From: Eledone cirrhosa
Lineage: Eukaryota
Reading direction: 5' to 3'
Assembly: GCA_964016885.1 (NCBI GenBank)
Contig: OZ024742.1
Coordinates: 281,170,001 to 281,234,000, forward strand
Length of the DNA: 64,000 nt
Below are positions 40,480 to 52,789 of this stretch, one piece after another. Each line of letters opens with the position of its first letter. The stretch's first letter is position 1. The position numbers and the translations under genes are program-made. The notes below the pieces were generated by a model, which was not told the DNA's origin, did not search any database, and worked only from the letters and a program-made list of their open reading frames with translations.

Positions 40480-43400
40480 CCATAAATGGGGCCCTAACAG
40501 GTACTACTACTCCGGGCCTGAGCAGACCTGGGACTTATGACAACTAAGGGGTAACTCCACATTGCCCACAGCTGCTGAACTCCCGAACTGGAGCCTTGCC
40601 ACTAGATGTAGTTTAATGTCATACCCAGGACTATCTCATTCGAGTGGCGCCGGTAATGTATTGTCAGCCATTGAACAGAAATACGGAGAGTATGTCTAAC
40701 AGCACTAGGGTTAGAGCCCCTAATTACACTGTCAAGGAGCAGTCTGGTCGTTATGATTCTGCTGGCTTAGAGCCACAGGGAGCGCCAGCAGATGATGGAT
40801 CAACTGTCTCTGAGACAAATATAAAGAATGCAGTTTTGTCCTGCAGAAGAGCCATCAAAATGTGAACTTTGAATGTGAGGACTATTCGGACGCTGGAGAA
40901 GAGAGAGGAGTTGGGACATCTGTTCGAGGAGACTGGTATGCAGATACTTGCGATCCAAGAACATAGGATCCTACACGATGAGCCCGTGAGGAGTGTGATG
41001 ATTGGGAAGCTGAGCCAGCTCATCATCACATCGGCAGTGAGGAACATGACCAATGCTGCACTGGGAGAAGTGGGTTTTGTTTTCAGCACAAAAACCAGTC
41101 TATCGGTGAGGGAAATAATACCTGTCTCCCCGCGAGTGTTGAGAGTGACCTTCAATGGAAACCCAAGACTGACTATCATTTCAGCCTATAGTCCAACTGA
41201 GGGCGACAGTGATGTGAGTGCGGAAGAGTTCCATGAGGAGGTGTGTAGAGCTGTCAACACCACACAAGCACACAACATCCTGCTTGTTTTGGGGGACTTC
41301 AATGCACATCTGAGTAAGGAGGGCAGTGAAGATCCTTGCTGGTACTTCTATAACAACAGCAACCGAAATGGAAGACTACTGAGAGACACCCTGCTGGAGG
41401 CGAACTTGATAGCGACCAACCTAAGGTTTACGAAGAATCCGGGGAACATGTGGACCTACATCTCAGATATGCACCTGTTCGAGTCCCAGATTGATTTCAT
41501 TCTGGTGAGGAAAAATGGCGGAATAGTTTTCTGAACACAGAACCATACAACTATTTCAGTACACTGGGTAGTGACCACCGGCTTGTTATGAGTGAGGTCA
41601 CGGTGAGCTTAGGAAAGAGCAAGGCTCGGCCCCGGAGTGCAATCTATGACTGGTGAGCTTTCAAGAAAGATGATAAGCTACAGGAGAGGTTCACAGTGAG
41701 AGTGAGGAACAGGTTCAGTGCAGTGTCGAGAGACAGAGGAGAGAGAGATTGGATGGACTGAGGAGAGTGTGACGAGGAGGTACGGGCACTTTACCAATGC
41801 AGTGACGGAGGCAAGTGAGACCCTAGTGTCGAGGAGAAGGAACAAAAGGAAGCACGTCAGCTCTCTAGACCCAAAAGTTTGTGCAGCCAGAGAACTCATG
41901 AAAGATGCCAAGGACCAATTCTATGCTGATCCTACGGAGGAGAAGATGGAGACTGTGGAGCTGATGTGGGAAGAACTCTGTACCGTTTACACTGAGGCCA
42001 GAGAGGAGGCACTGATAGCGAAGATCAGAAGTGTGGAGAGAGCGGTTGACAGGTCTGGATGTAAGGAGAGCTGGATGATCATCAACGAGATCACAGGGAG
42101 GAAGAGAAGGTGTTTGAGTCAGATCCATGGAGCAGGGCTCGAGGATAGGAAGAGGAAATGGCTAGACCCTTTTAGGACCCTACTAGGAGAGCCACCCTCC
42201 ACAGCCCAGAGCACTGGGGAGATCAGACGGCTGTTTGAAGAACTGGATATTGAGACAGAGCCCTTCACCAGAGAGGAGCTTTAGAGATCCAAGAAGAGGA
42301 TCAAGGAGGGCAAGGCTCATGGAGAAGATGGAGTGGCATCAGAGGTGGTGAAGAGGTGTGATTTTGATGATATCATCCTGGGGTTCTGTAACCAGGCACA
42401 GGAGAAAGGAGTTACCCCAAATCAGTGGGAGATCAGTAACATCGTCCCAGTGCCAAAGAAGGGAGATCTCTCTAACACCAACAACTACGGGGGGGGGGGA
42501 TCTCACTGACGTCACTTGTGGCAAAGACCCTCAACAGGATGATTCTTAACAGGATCCAGCCTGAGATGGAGAGGAAGCTCAGGTACAACCAGAACGGCTT
42601 CAGAGAGGGAAGATCAACCACCAGTCACATGCGGATTCTGAGAAGGATATTAGAGGGAGCTAGAGCAAAGTGCCTTCCTGCGGTCATGGTTTTCATTGAC
42701 TTTAGGAAGGCCTTTGATTCTGTGGACCGTCACTGCCTGATGAAGATCTTACAGGCTTATGGATTTCCCAAGAAGATAGTGGACCTGATATAACTGCTCT
42801 ACACCAACACCAAAGCCCAAGTCATTACACCTGATGGGATGACAGAGTGCTTTGAGATACTGGCTGGAGTGCTCCAGGGAGATACATTGGCTCCCTACCT
42901 GTTTATCATCGTAGTGGACTATTGTATGAGCCTTGCACTGGAGAAACTCCAGCACTCTGGTTTTACTGTAGCACCGGCTCAGAGCAGGAGTGTTAAGGCG
43001 AAAAAGATATCAGATGCTGAATTTGCCGACGACATAGTTTTGGTGACAAATACAGTGAAGGGGGTAGAGGATTTGATGCAGGAGGTTGAGACGGTGTCGG
43101 TGAGTGGGGGGCTGAGAATGAATGAGACTAAAACAAAATATCTGGTAGAGAATGTTGAGAAGCCAGAGGGGATCACTAATGTAGGCGGGAAGCCGCTAGA
43201 ATTGGTTGAGGAATTCCTGTATCTGGGAGCAAAGATTGGGAATACGGTATATGATGTGGTTGAGAGGAAGAGCAAAGCCTGGGCGGCATGCCACAGCTTG
43301 AGATCGGTGTGGAAGTCAGACCTTCGTAAAGACCTGAAAGTCTGCATTTTCATTGCTGTAGTGGAGTCCCTGCTACTGTACGGGTCTGAAACTTGGACAC

Positions 43401-43785
43401 TACCCAAAAAACTCACTCAGATGGTAGATGGGTGCTACACGAGAATGCGGAGGATGGCTCCGAACATTGATCAGTATACACTGAGGATGAAAAACTGAGA
43501 GCTGTATGGGAGCCTCCCAAATGTCAGCTCAAATGTGACACAGTGGAGACTGAGGTTAGCTGGACATGGTCCCCGACATCCAGAGTTGACATTGCACTCA
43601 GTACTCCTTGGGAGCCCCTACAATGACACACTGGAAGAGGAAGACCAAGGTTAACGTATCTTGATGCCCTAAGGACAGACACTTGTCTGTTGGAGAGGCA
43701 GGACATGGCAGCGATAATGAGGGAGAAAGAGCGCTGGATAGAACTCGTCCATGGATGTCGGGAATTTTACCCGCCCTAGAATATA
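40480..43785 (+). mobile_element. RTE-clade LINE, near full length, single ORF (APE+RT) disrupted
   Basis: TLNVRT, LAIQEHR, SAYSPT, GDFNAH, QIDFILV, SDHRLV; NQNGFREGRST, FIDFRKAFDSV, GVLQGDTLAP, FADD, LLYGSETWTL. Confidence 0.95.
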
Positions 43786-43884
43786 TATATATTGTTCCAA
43801 ACTCAGGAACCATTATTTAAATTAAATTTTAAGGAATATCTATTTCAGTCATGGCTTGAAATATACTCTCACATATTTCATATT

Positions 43885-43917
<33 letters not shown>

Positions 43918-44045
43918 GAACGAGTAGGACCCCGACGGCTGAGCTCAAGCCGTTTCGACGGCTAATTCTGGACAGTTATGGATGCTATGGTCCACCTGGC
44001 TCCTTACCACATTTCCTTCGTTATATATATATATATATATATATA

Positions 44046-45077
44046 ATATATTTAGAAACACACAGATACATGCGGACACACACATATATACATGAATGCA
44101 TCCGCACCCAACTGTGAGTTAAGGGTGCCAACTTCACCGATGTTGCTCAATGAATGACTGGGACAGACCAATTCAGTTTGAACCAGACTGAACCAGTATC
44201 AGAGTTAAAAATACATTATGAAGAGAGAAGAAACATTTAGATATAATTAGTAATAAAATGTATCATACCTAAACTGTTCCTAAATTCCTCGACTACGTAG
44301 TTTCGTGGCATAAACAAAAACAATATATCAAAGATATAGAGTCCTTGCGAGGTCTGCCGACTCTTATCAAGAGGATACCTCATTTTACTAGTCTCAAGAA
44401 CGCGTCTACACGACGTGAGAAAGAATCCCAAAAGGCGGAGGGGGAGACAGTCACGCGATATAACGGTCGAGAAACAGAGCTAAGCCTCTTATAACCACGA
44501 AGAAAATACCACGGAGGCGGTTCAAACTGAATTGGTCTGTCCCAGTCATTCATTGAGCAACATCGGTGAAGTTGGCACCCTTAACTCACAGTTGGGTGCG
44601 GATGCATTCATGTATATATGTGTGTGTCCGCATGTATCTGTGTGTTTCTAAATATATTAATAACTCCCTCTGGTCGAGCAATCTTTGAAGTGTGGGGACA
44701 ACTGGAAAGCTTCCATTACTCATACTTCTCGCCTTCTTCACTACCTCTTCTACGGCCTCGATATGAATACCCCCTCCGCCTCCGTGGTATTTTCTTCGTG
44801 GTTATAAGAGGCTTAGCTCTGTTTCTCGACCGTTATATCGCGTGACTGTCTCCCCCTCCGCCTTTTGGGATTCTTTCTCACGTCGTGTAGACGCGTTCTT
44901 GAGACTAGTAAAATGAGGTATCCTCTTGATAAGTCGGCAGACCTCGCAAGGACTCTATATCTTTGATATATTGTTTTTGTTTATGCCACGAAACTACGTA
45001 GTCGAGGAATTTAGGAACAGTTTAGGTATGATACATTTTATTACTAATTATATCTAAATGTTTCTTCTCTCTTCATA

Positions 45078-45083
<6 letters not shown>
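44046..45083. mobile_element. Non-coding hammerhead-bearing unit, inverted and circularly permuted
   Basis: Blocks A(-) 44046-44184, B(-) 44211-44520, A(+) 44519-44658, C, B(+) 44776-45083; (TA)n on both sides. Confidence 0.8.
44921..45008 (+). ncRNA. Type I hammerhead ribozyme, U3-A8 variant
   Basis: tcctc-TTGATAA-gtcggca...tgccac-GAAA-ctacgtag-TC-gagga; palindromic stem III actacgtagt; mirror copy at 44286-44375 (-). Confidence 0.78.
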
Positions 45084-45144
<61 letters not shown>

Positions 45145-45299
45145 CTTTCAGTTAATTCTATTGACTGATTAATCGCTTAAGTTTTTTTTAAAAGCAACTC
45201 GATAAAGTACTTAATTCGATTCGTGCGGTTTTTGCAAATGTTTGCAATAACTACACATGCTGAATTCACTGGCCAAAATATGGGTTTTCTCCCCTTAGA

Positions 45300-45620
45300 A
45301 CCATCCGTATTCTCAATCTTTGCTCCCAAATACAGGAAGCCCTCAACCAATTCTAGCGGCTTCCCGCCTACATTAGTGATCCCCTCTGGCTTCTCAACAT
45401 TCTCTACCAGATATTTTGTTTTAGTCTCATTCATTCTCAGCCCCACACTCATCGACACAGTCTCAACCTCCCGCATCAAATCCTCTGCCTCCTTCACTGT
45501 ATGTGTCACCAAAACTGTGACTATTGTATTTCGTAGTGGACTATTGTATGCGCCTTGCCCTGAAGAACCACCAGGACTGTGCTTTCATAACTCTCGAGAT
45601 TCTGGCGCAAGAAGAACAAA
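45300..45620 (-). mobile_element. Fragment of the same RTE family with an inverted 5' piece
   Basis: 45300-45515 (-) matches ~43036-43245; 45531-45620 (+) resembles ~42909-43000. Confidence 0.75.
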
Positions 45621-45948
45621 AACCCGTTGAGAAAGCGATGCCTTGTTCGATCATTATACCAAAAACTTATTTTTTATAAGCAGACAATATTATTGATTTA
45701 GGTGTTGCAGAAACCCAATTTCGGAATATTCCATCATCCCCGAGGGTCCGGGCAAATATTTCAATCATATCTCATTTTGTTTGACCCGCTTAGCTTGTTA
45801 GCTTTTTTGGCTATGGTGGTTAATGGCTTCTTAACCATCGTCTCAGCGTGTATGACCAGTTTAACTTATGTTTATAGCGCTTGTCTGCACAATATGGAAG
45901 TTAGGTTTCGCTAATTTCTACCCGCCGAAATGAGATTCTCGGTAAATT

Positions 45949-45982
<34 letters not shown>

Positions 45983-46436
45983 TTCTCTGCTACTCCTCCT
46001 CTCTCACTTCCTCCCTTCTTACCTGCGTTAATTCTTTCATCTCTTACTTCTCGCGTGACTCGGACGTGTCTATATTCTTCTTGTCATTTGATTTGTCGGA
46101 CTTAAGTCCACAAAATTCATTGACTTGTCTCTATTTTCCTCTCATTACGTTGCGTTACTACCATGTTGTTTGTTCACTTTCCTCTGTCCCGATAACTTAA
46201 TTGAGTTATCGCTCGCACTGATTTTAGGTATCTAGTCTTTAATGCGAAGAAATACCAATGAGATACAGCAGACTACTGATGACGGACTTTTTCCTGTTTC
46301 TCGGTCTATTTTTATTCATATGTTCATATTCGCAACAACGCAGCACGCCGTTTATTCATTCATTATATATTCATAAATCTGTGAGTCTATGTTCCAAGCC
46401 ATGACTGAAATAGATATTCCTTAAAATTTAATTTAA

Positions 46437-48071
46437 ATAATGGTTCCTGGTTTGGGAACAAGGTCAACAATTAAGGAAGGTGGCGGGGACGTTACTGGTA
46501 TATTATTATATTAACCCCGTAAGAAGGAAAGGCGAAGCTAACGGCGGCTAAATTGGAAATTAGAACGTAAAACAATGCAACTATATGCCACAAAGTACAT
46601 TGTCCGATGTTCTACTGATACTGCCAATCAACCAGATAAAATTTAAATAATTGTTTCTACTTTAGGCTCAAGGCCAGCAATTACCCAGTGCATTACTGGT
46701 ACTTGATTTTATCGACCCCGTAAGGATGAAAGGCAAAGTCAACCTCGGCGGGATTTGAACTCAGATCGTAAAGGGACGTAACTATGCTGGAAAGCATGGC
46801 GTCCGACCCTCTACCGATACTGCCAAAGGAACAAAGGCAATCATTTAAAGAAGAGGAGTCGATTAGATCATTCCAATGTGTTACTAGCACTATATCTTAT
46901 CGATCACTTAAGGATGTAAGACAAAGCTAATCTACAGAGGAGTAGAAATCAGAACGTAAACGGGTGTACGTCTATGCCGCAAAGCATGGTATCCGACGCT
47001 CTACTAATACTGATTTCTAATATACGCACAAAGCCAGTAATTTTTGGAGTACGTTACTGTTACTTTATTTTATCGACCGCGTAAGGATGAAAGGCAAAGT
47101 TAATCTTGCTGGGATTTGCATTCAGACCGTAAAGGGCCGTAACACTATGCTGCAAAACATGGTGACTCTCTACTGATACTGCTAATCCACCGTCCAAACA
47201 TTTAAATAATGAAAAGAATTATTTTCACCTATTTAGGATGACATTCATACATAGTATTTATAATATTGTTGTTTTCGAAGCAGCTATTCCATTCATGATC
47301 ACCACAGCCTATTTAGAGTTCGCAGTCTATCTTGGATGACACTGTAATAATTCATAAACCGACTAAGTGGTTTGATTTTAGGAAGAGTTTGATGGTTTTT
47401 CCAACAGAATTACGTCTATTTAGAAGTTCTCTCTTATCATCAAATATAATGGGTTTTATATAGGCACACGGCCAGCAATTATGGGGCGGGGGGGAGTTGA
47501 TTAAATCGATTCCAGTGTGTGACTGTTATTTTATTTTATCAACCCCGTAAGGATGAAAGACAAAGTTAACCTCGGCGGGATTTCAACTCAGACCGTACAA
47601 GGTCGTGTCTCTATGCTGCAAAGCATGGTATCCGACCTTCTAACGATACGACCAATCCAAGTTATTAATAATGATTTCTAGTATAGGCACAATGCCAGTA
47701 ATTTAGGTGGGAGGGAGGAGAAATCGACCCAGTACATTACTTGTGCTTTATTTTATTGACCCCGTAAGGATGAAAGACAAAATTAACCTCGGCGGGATTT
47801 CAACTAAGAACTTACAGGGTCGTGTCTCTATGCTGCAAGGCATGGCGTCCGACCTTCTACCGATACCACCAATCCAAGTTATTAATAATTGTTTCTACTT
47901 TAGGCACAAGGCCAGCAATTATCCAGTGCATTACTGGTACTCTATTTTATCGACCCTGTAAGGATGAAAGGCAAAGTAAACCTCGGCGAGATTTGAATTC
48001 AGACCGTAAAGGGACGTAACTATGCTGGAAAGCATGGCGTCCGATTCTCTACCGAGGTTGCCAATCCACCG
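46437..48071 (-). mobile_element. Cluster of about seven head-to-tail SINE copies
   Basis: Repeated (a)cccc-gtaaggatgaaag(g/a)caaag..aacctcggcgggattt bodies of differing divergence. Confidence 0.88.
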
Positions 48072-49499
48072 CCCTTCCAAGTTATTAATAATGAAACACA
48101 TTATTGGATCATCACTATTATGTGATTTACACTTAATTTAAAAAACTACCATTATGGCATAAATCTATGTTTTACGACAACCTTTCTACAACTGTGGATA
48201 CCAACTAAAATGTATTTATTTAAAACATATAATGGTATATACTGGTTATTATACAGTAAAATGATTCTAGAAAAGAAATATATACAAATATCTATTTCTT
48301 AATCTCGCAGATGAATGAACGAGCACATATGATAAATACAAAACGTGGAAACAAAATATTTGCATATTATCATAGTACCTGTCAAACATGATGATGTTTA
48401 TTGTATATAATATTAAATTTAATAATTCATTTATTACAACATTCTATCAAAAGTTGCTTGAATCCTCTATTGTCGTTGATTTTTTCGGTCTTGTCATTCT
48501 AGCCACCGCTGTTTTTCATTTTACATTCACTCAAATCAATTACAACAATTTTCTTTAATTCTTACACCTTATATGTGCACTAACTTGCCATGACTCACGA
48601 ATTCCGGCCAAGAGCCTTACACCTAAGCCATATGTCTTCCGACATCCGTTTATGTGCAAATTAAAAGCTATTCAGCTTAGCGGTTAGAACCAGAATGGTT
48701 TGAGTTGAAATACAGCTTTAGAAAATAATTATGGTAGGAGTTATAAGCATTTAAACATTTGATGTAATATTGATGTGAAAACTTTGACGAAGCAAACAAT
48801 AGACAGCGCAATTAATGTTTTTCTGAGGCTAATGATATGGAGTTACATAACGGCCATCGATTGGTCTGCACATCAATATTTTAATCACTGAAATGATCGT
48901 AAAACAATGGATTAATTAACTACTTTCCCTTGTCCTCTTCCTTCATAATTTGACTTAATATGTATATTGTTTATGCTTAAATGCAGAGCATTTCTATTTA
49001 TTTATTCATGTGTCTGCTTATTAGTAATGTGCACCCCTGTATTTCTCTGTTTATAACATTAATATGTAAATAGTTTTATGATACAGACAATAGTTTTATT
49101 ATACAAACACTATGTAATATGACATATGTAGATTGATAGCATCTGTCTTCCTAGTTCCGGTGGCTGCTGTAGTCCATGGTTGGTTTACGGTATTTTCTGA
49201 GTGTTTTCCTTACGGGTTCGAGAAATCAACGTATTAATATATATATATGAGCAGAGTTCGTGTCTGTTGAGACGTGCCTGTATGTATTTCTATGGATGTG
49301 TTCGTGTGTGCCAGTAGATATACCCATACCAAAGTTTCAGGGAATGTAAAAAAAGCTCTGTATTTCACACTATATGAAAATGCTATATATCATTGTTTTT
49401 CAACTTCCATCTATTATGATGACGTGTGTCCTGTTGTACAAAGCTCCGACATTTAACATATTACTCATCTTTTACAACATTTGTCATTAACACACTGCG

Positions 49500-50160
49500 G
49501 TCCTCATCGCTGTTCTGCTTTCATTGTTGAAGAGATTTCCTTTACTTAGTTTCTAGGTATGGTCTCTAATCCATGCTTCCCTGATGGGCTTCTTGTACCC
49601 CAGTATTTCTATACCAGCCGTTTTCATTTCATTATTTAGGTTTTCTGCCACTCTGATGTTCCTGGGGAAGAGACTTGTAATGTAGAGAACCTGTTTTGAA
49701 GAACTGTCTCAAACTTGCTGGCTGTCCTAGAGTCTTTTAGTTCGGTGATGTCAAACCTACTGGTTAATGATGTCGCGTTATTTTGCCTCCTCAGTTTGAT
49801 CTTAAGTTTGGCGATGATTAGGTAGTGATCGCTGCTGATATCAGAGCATCGATATACTGTAGCATCTTGCAAACAGAGTAGTCTCCATTCTGGTTCAATC
49901 GCTAATGTGACATGTTTCATGATCCTTGGAATTCTATGTGCTCTTGTGTTCAAATAGATGTGATCCGATCACCCTGTTGTTCATTGTAAAGAAGTGGATG
50001 AATATAATCTCATTATCACTGCGGTTACCAAACCCAACAGGAACACGTAGATGCTTAAACTCTTTTCTAATTCCTGTAATCTGGGCATTCATAATCTCCA
50101 TGATGGCAACATCATGACTGAATATAGTGTTGACTGCACCCTGAAGTTGTTGGTAGAATG
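49500..50160 (-). pseudogene. RTE-like APE endonuclease fragment
   Basis: DATVYRCSDISSDHYLIIAKLKIKLRR..RFDITELKD...LQNRFSTL. Confidence 0.75.
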
Positions 50161-50395
50161 CAACCTATATATATATATATACATAAATATATATATGTGG
50201 GGGGGGGGGGGGGGGATATTTAAATAACATTAAAGTTTAAGCAAAGAATCGCTGCTTCCACCCTTAACGGGATCATCTGTTTAATCTGTTTTTTAATAAA
50301 TATTTGCTCTACGGTTTTATATATATATTATCCTTATCGAGCCCTCTTCGGATTTAGTCTTTACATTTATTATTATTACTATATATATATATATA

Positions 50396-50510
50396 ACTGT
50401 TTCTACTTTAGGCACAAGGCCAGCAATTACCCAGTGCATTACTGGTACTTTATTTTATCGACCCCGTAAGGATGAAAGGCAAAGTCAACCTCGGCGGGAT
50501 TTGAACTCAT
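50396..50510 (-). mobile_element. 5'-truncated SINE
   Basis: 3' half of the SINE consensus. Confidence 0.85.
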
Positions 50511-50514
50511 AACG

Positions 50515-50929
50515 GCGATGAATTTGTCTTGTGAGGTTTTTGGTATGAAATCGTGTGTCGAAACAAATATTGTTATACTTGGGGAGGGTCATATTTGTGT
50601 AATAATATTGCCAGAATTAATAACAGAACACAGTCACTGTTTGGTTGGTTTCGCTTCTGTGTCGTTTATATCGGTTAATTTCATTTATTCGGTCCTCAAT
50701 GTTACCATTGACTGACCAACGGTCAAAAATACAAATACAATATAGACACAAATACATATATATAGTCTAACAAAGTTCTTTTGACCGTTGGTCAGTCAAT
50801 GGTAACATTGAGGACCGAATAAATTAAATTAACTGATATAAAAGACACAGAAGCGAAAACCAACCAATCAGTGAGTGTGTTCTGTTATTAATTCTGGCAA
50901 TATTATTACACAAATATGACCCTCCCCAA

Positions 50930-50932
<3 letters not shown>
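50515..50932. mobile_element. Head-to-head pair of pLTR fragments of the 20790-24345 PLE family
   Basis: 50515-50780 (-) and 50779-50932 (+) both match 24079-24330. Confidence 0.85.
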
Positions 50933-51007
<75 letters not shown>

Positions 51008-51141
51008 TAAAGAAACTAGCGCTTCGCGTCGGCCGTAGCGAAATATTTATCGAATATTTCGACAGCGTAATCGCCCAGATATAGTCAACTAAACAGAATT
51101 AGGTGTAAAATAAACTAGGAGAAAATAGAATACATTTAAAT

Positions 51142-51229
51142 ACTTCTACCATGGTTTCGTCCGTATTTTGAGTTTTCCAATAATTATGTAATAATTATAT
51201 AAACTCGAGCGCCGGATTCATCAGGAAGC
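51142..51229 (-). ncRNA. Type I hammerhead ribozyme
   Basis: Minus strand: gcttc-CTGATGA-atccg...cggac-GAAA-ccatgg-TA-gaagt; palindromic stem III accatggt, GUA site. Confidence 0.75.
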
Positions 51230-51429
51230 TCGCTCTTATCTAGAAACTAAATTTTCCAAAGTGATCGCGCCAAGAAATTCATTTCAAAATGGCTAAAAAT
51301 CGTGACGTAGTCGCGGTCAGGTTGGAAGGGGTGTGGTAGTTGCTTACTACTGGTGGCATTTTTGCTAGAAAGCACAGCACAATACAGCCAAATTTGTATC
51401 TCAACCTAATGGGAGATTATTACATATAA

Positions 51430-51793
<364 letters not shown>

Positions 51794-51876
51794 GGAGGTG
51801 AGTTTTATTGTAGTACAATAAAGCAATGCAGATATCGGATAAGAAGCACTCTACAGTTTGTAGGACTGGAGTATAC

Positions 51877-52661
51877 ATAATATAAGATCAAAAGATGGTT
51901 AAAGGAGTTCCATGTATTTTATTATGCGCATTTCAAAAACAAACATCATCATGCAATAATATTTGTGTTTTCATCAGATAAAACAGGAGAACATGATATG
52001 AAGGCTAAAAAACACTTGTGGATAGTGCAGTTTTAAATTAACATATGAAAAGTGGTTTTAGATTGATGTGTGATATTGGGAAAAATATTTTATTTAGAGA
52101 GGGGGGGGTGGAAAGGATGAAAAAGAGGAGTAGATGAGAGGGAGAGATGGGTGATAGAGAGAAAGAGATAGTTTTTATAACTGAGAGGAGATATATTGTT
52201 TTACATAGAGAGGTTGAAAACCGTTGGAAGATAATGTATAAATTAAAAATTTGAAAATTAACGCACATAACCTCCTTTCGTTAATTTTCAAATTTTTTTT
52301 TAATTTATACATTATCTTCCAACGGTTTTCAACCTCTCTATGTAAAACAATATATCTCCTCTCAGTTATAAAAACTATCTCTTTCTCTCTATCACCCATC
52401 TCTCCCTCTCATCTCCTCCTCTTTTTCATCCTTTCCCCCCCCCCCTCTCTAAATAAAATATTTTTCCCAATATCACACATCAATCTAAAACCACTTTTCA
52501 TATGTTAATTTAAAACTGCACTATCCACAAGTGTTTTTTAGCCTTCATATCATGTTCTCCTGTTTTATCTGATGAAAACACAAATATTATTGCATGATGA
52601 TGTTTGTTTTTGAAATGCGCATAATAAAATACATGGAACTCCTTTAACCATCTTTTGATCT

Positions 52662-52669
<8 letters not shown>
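51877..52669. repeat. Near-perfect palindrome (~387-bp arms, 15-nt spacer) of a PLE-like pLTR
   Basis: 51877-52263 versus 52279-52669; each arm carries a hammerhead. Confidence 0.92.
52561..52631 (+). ncRNA. Type I hammerhead ribozyme
   Basis: tgttttat-CTGATGA-long stem II-GAAA-tgcgca-TA-ataaaata; 8-bp stem I, palindromic stem III atgcgcat; identical mirror copy at 51915-51985 (-). Confidence 0.82.
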
Positions 52670-52717
<48 letters not shown>

Positions 52718-52789
52718 CGAATGAATTATGGTAAGGAACCAGATGGACCATAACACACCAAAGTACTCAATACTTAGGGTAGTGGCGTG

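Noticed and set aside
46437-48071. CRISPR-like array
   Set aside because: Units are ~190-bp diverged SINEs in a eukaryotic context, with no repeat-spacer structure
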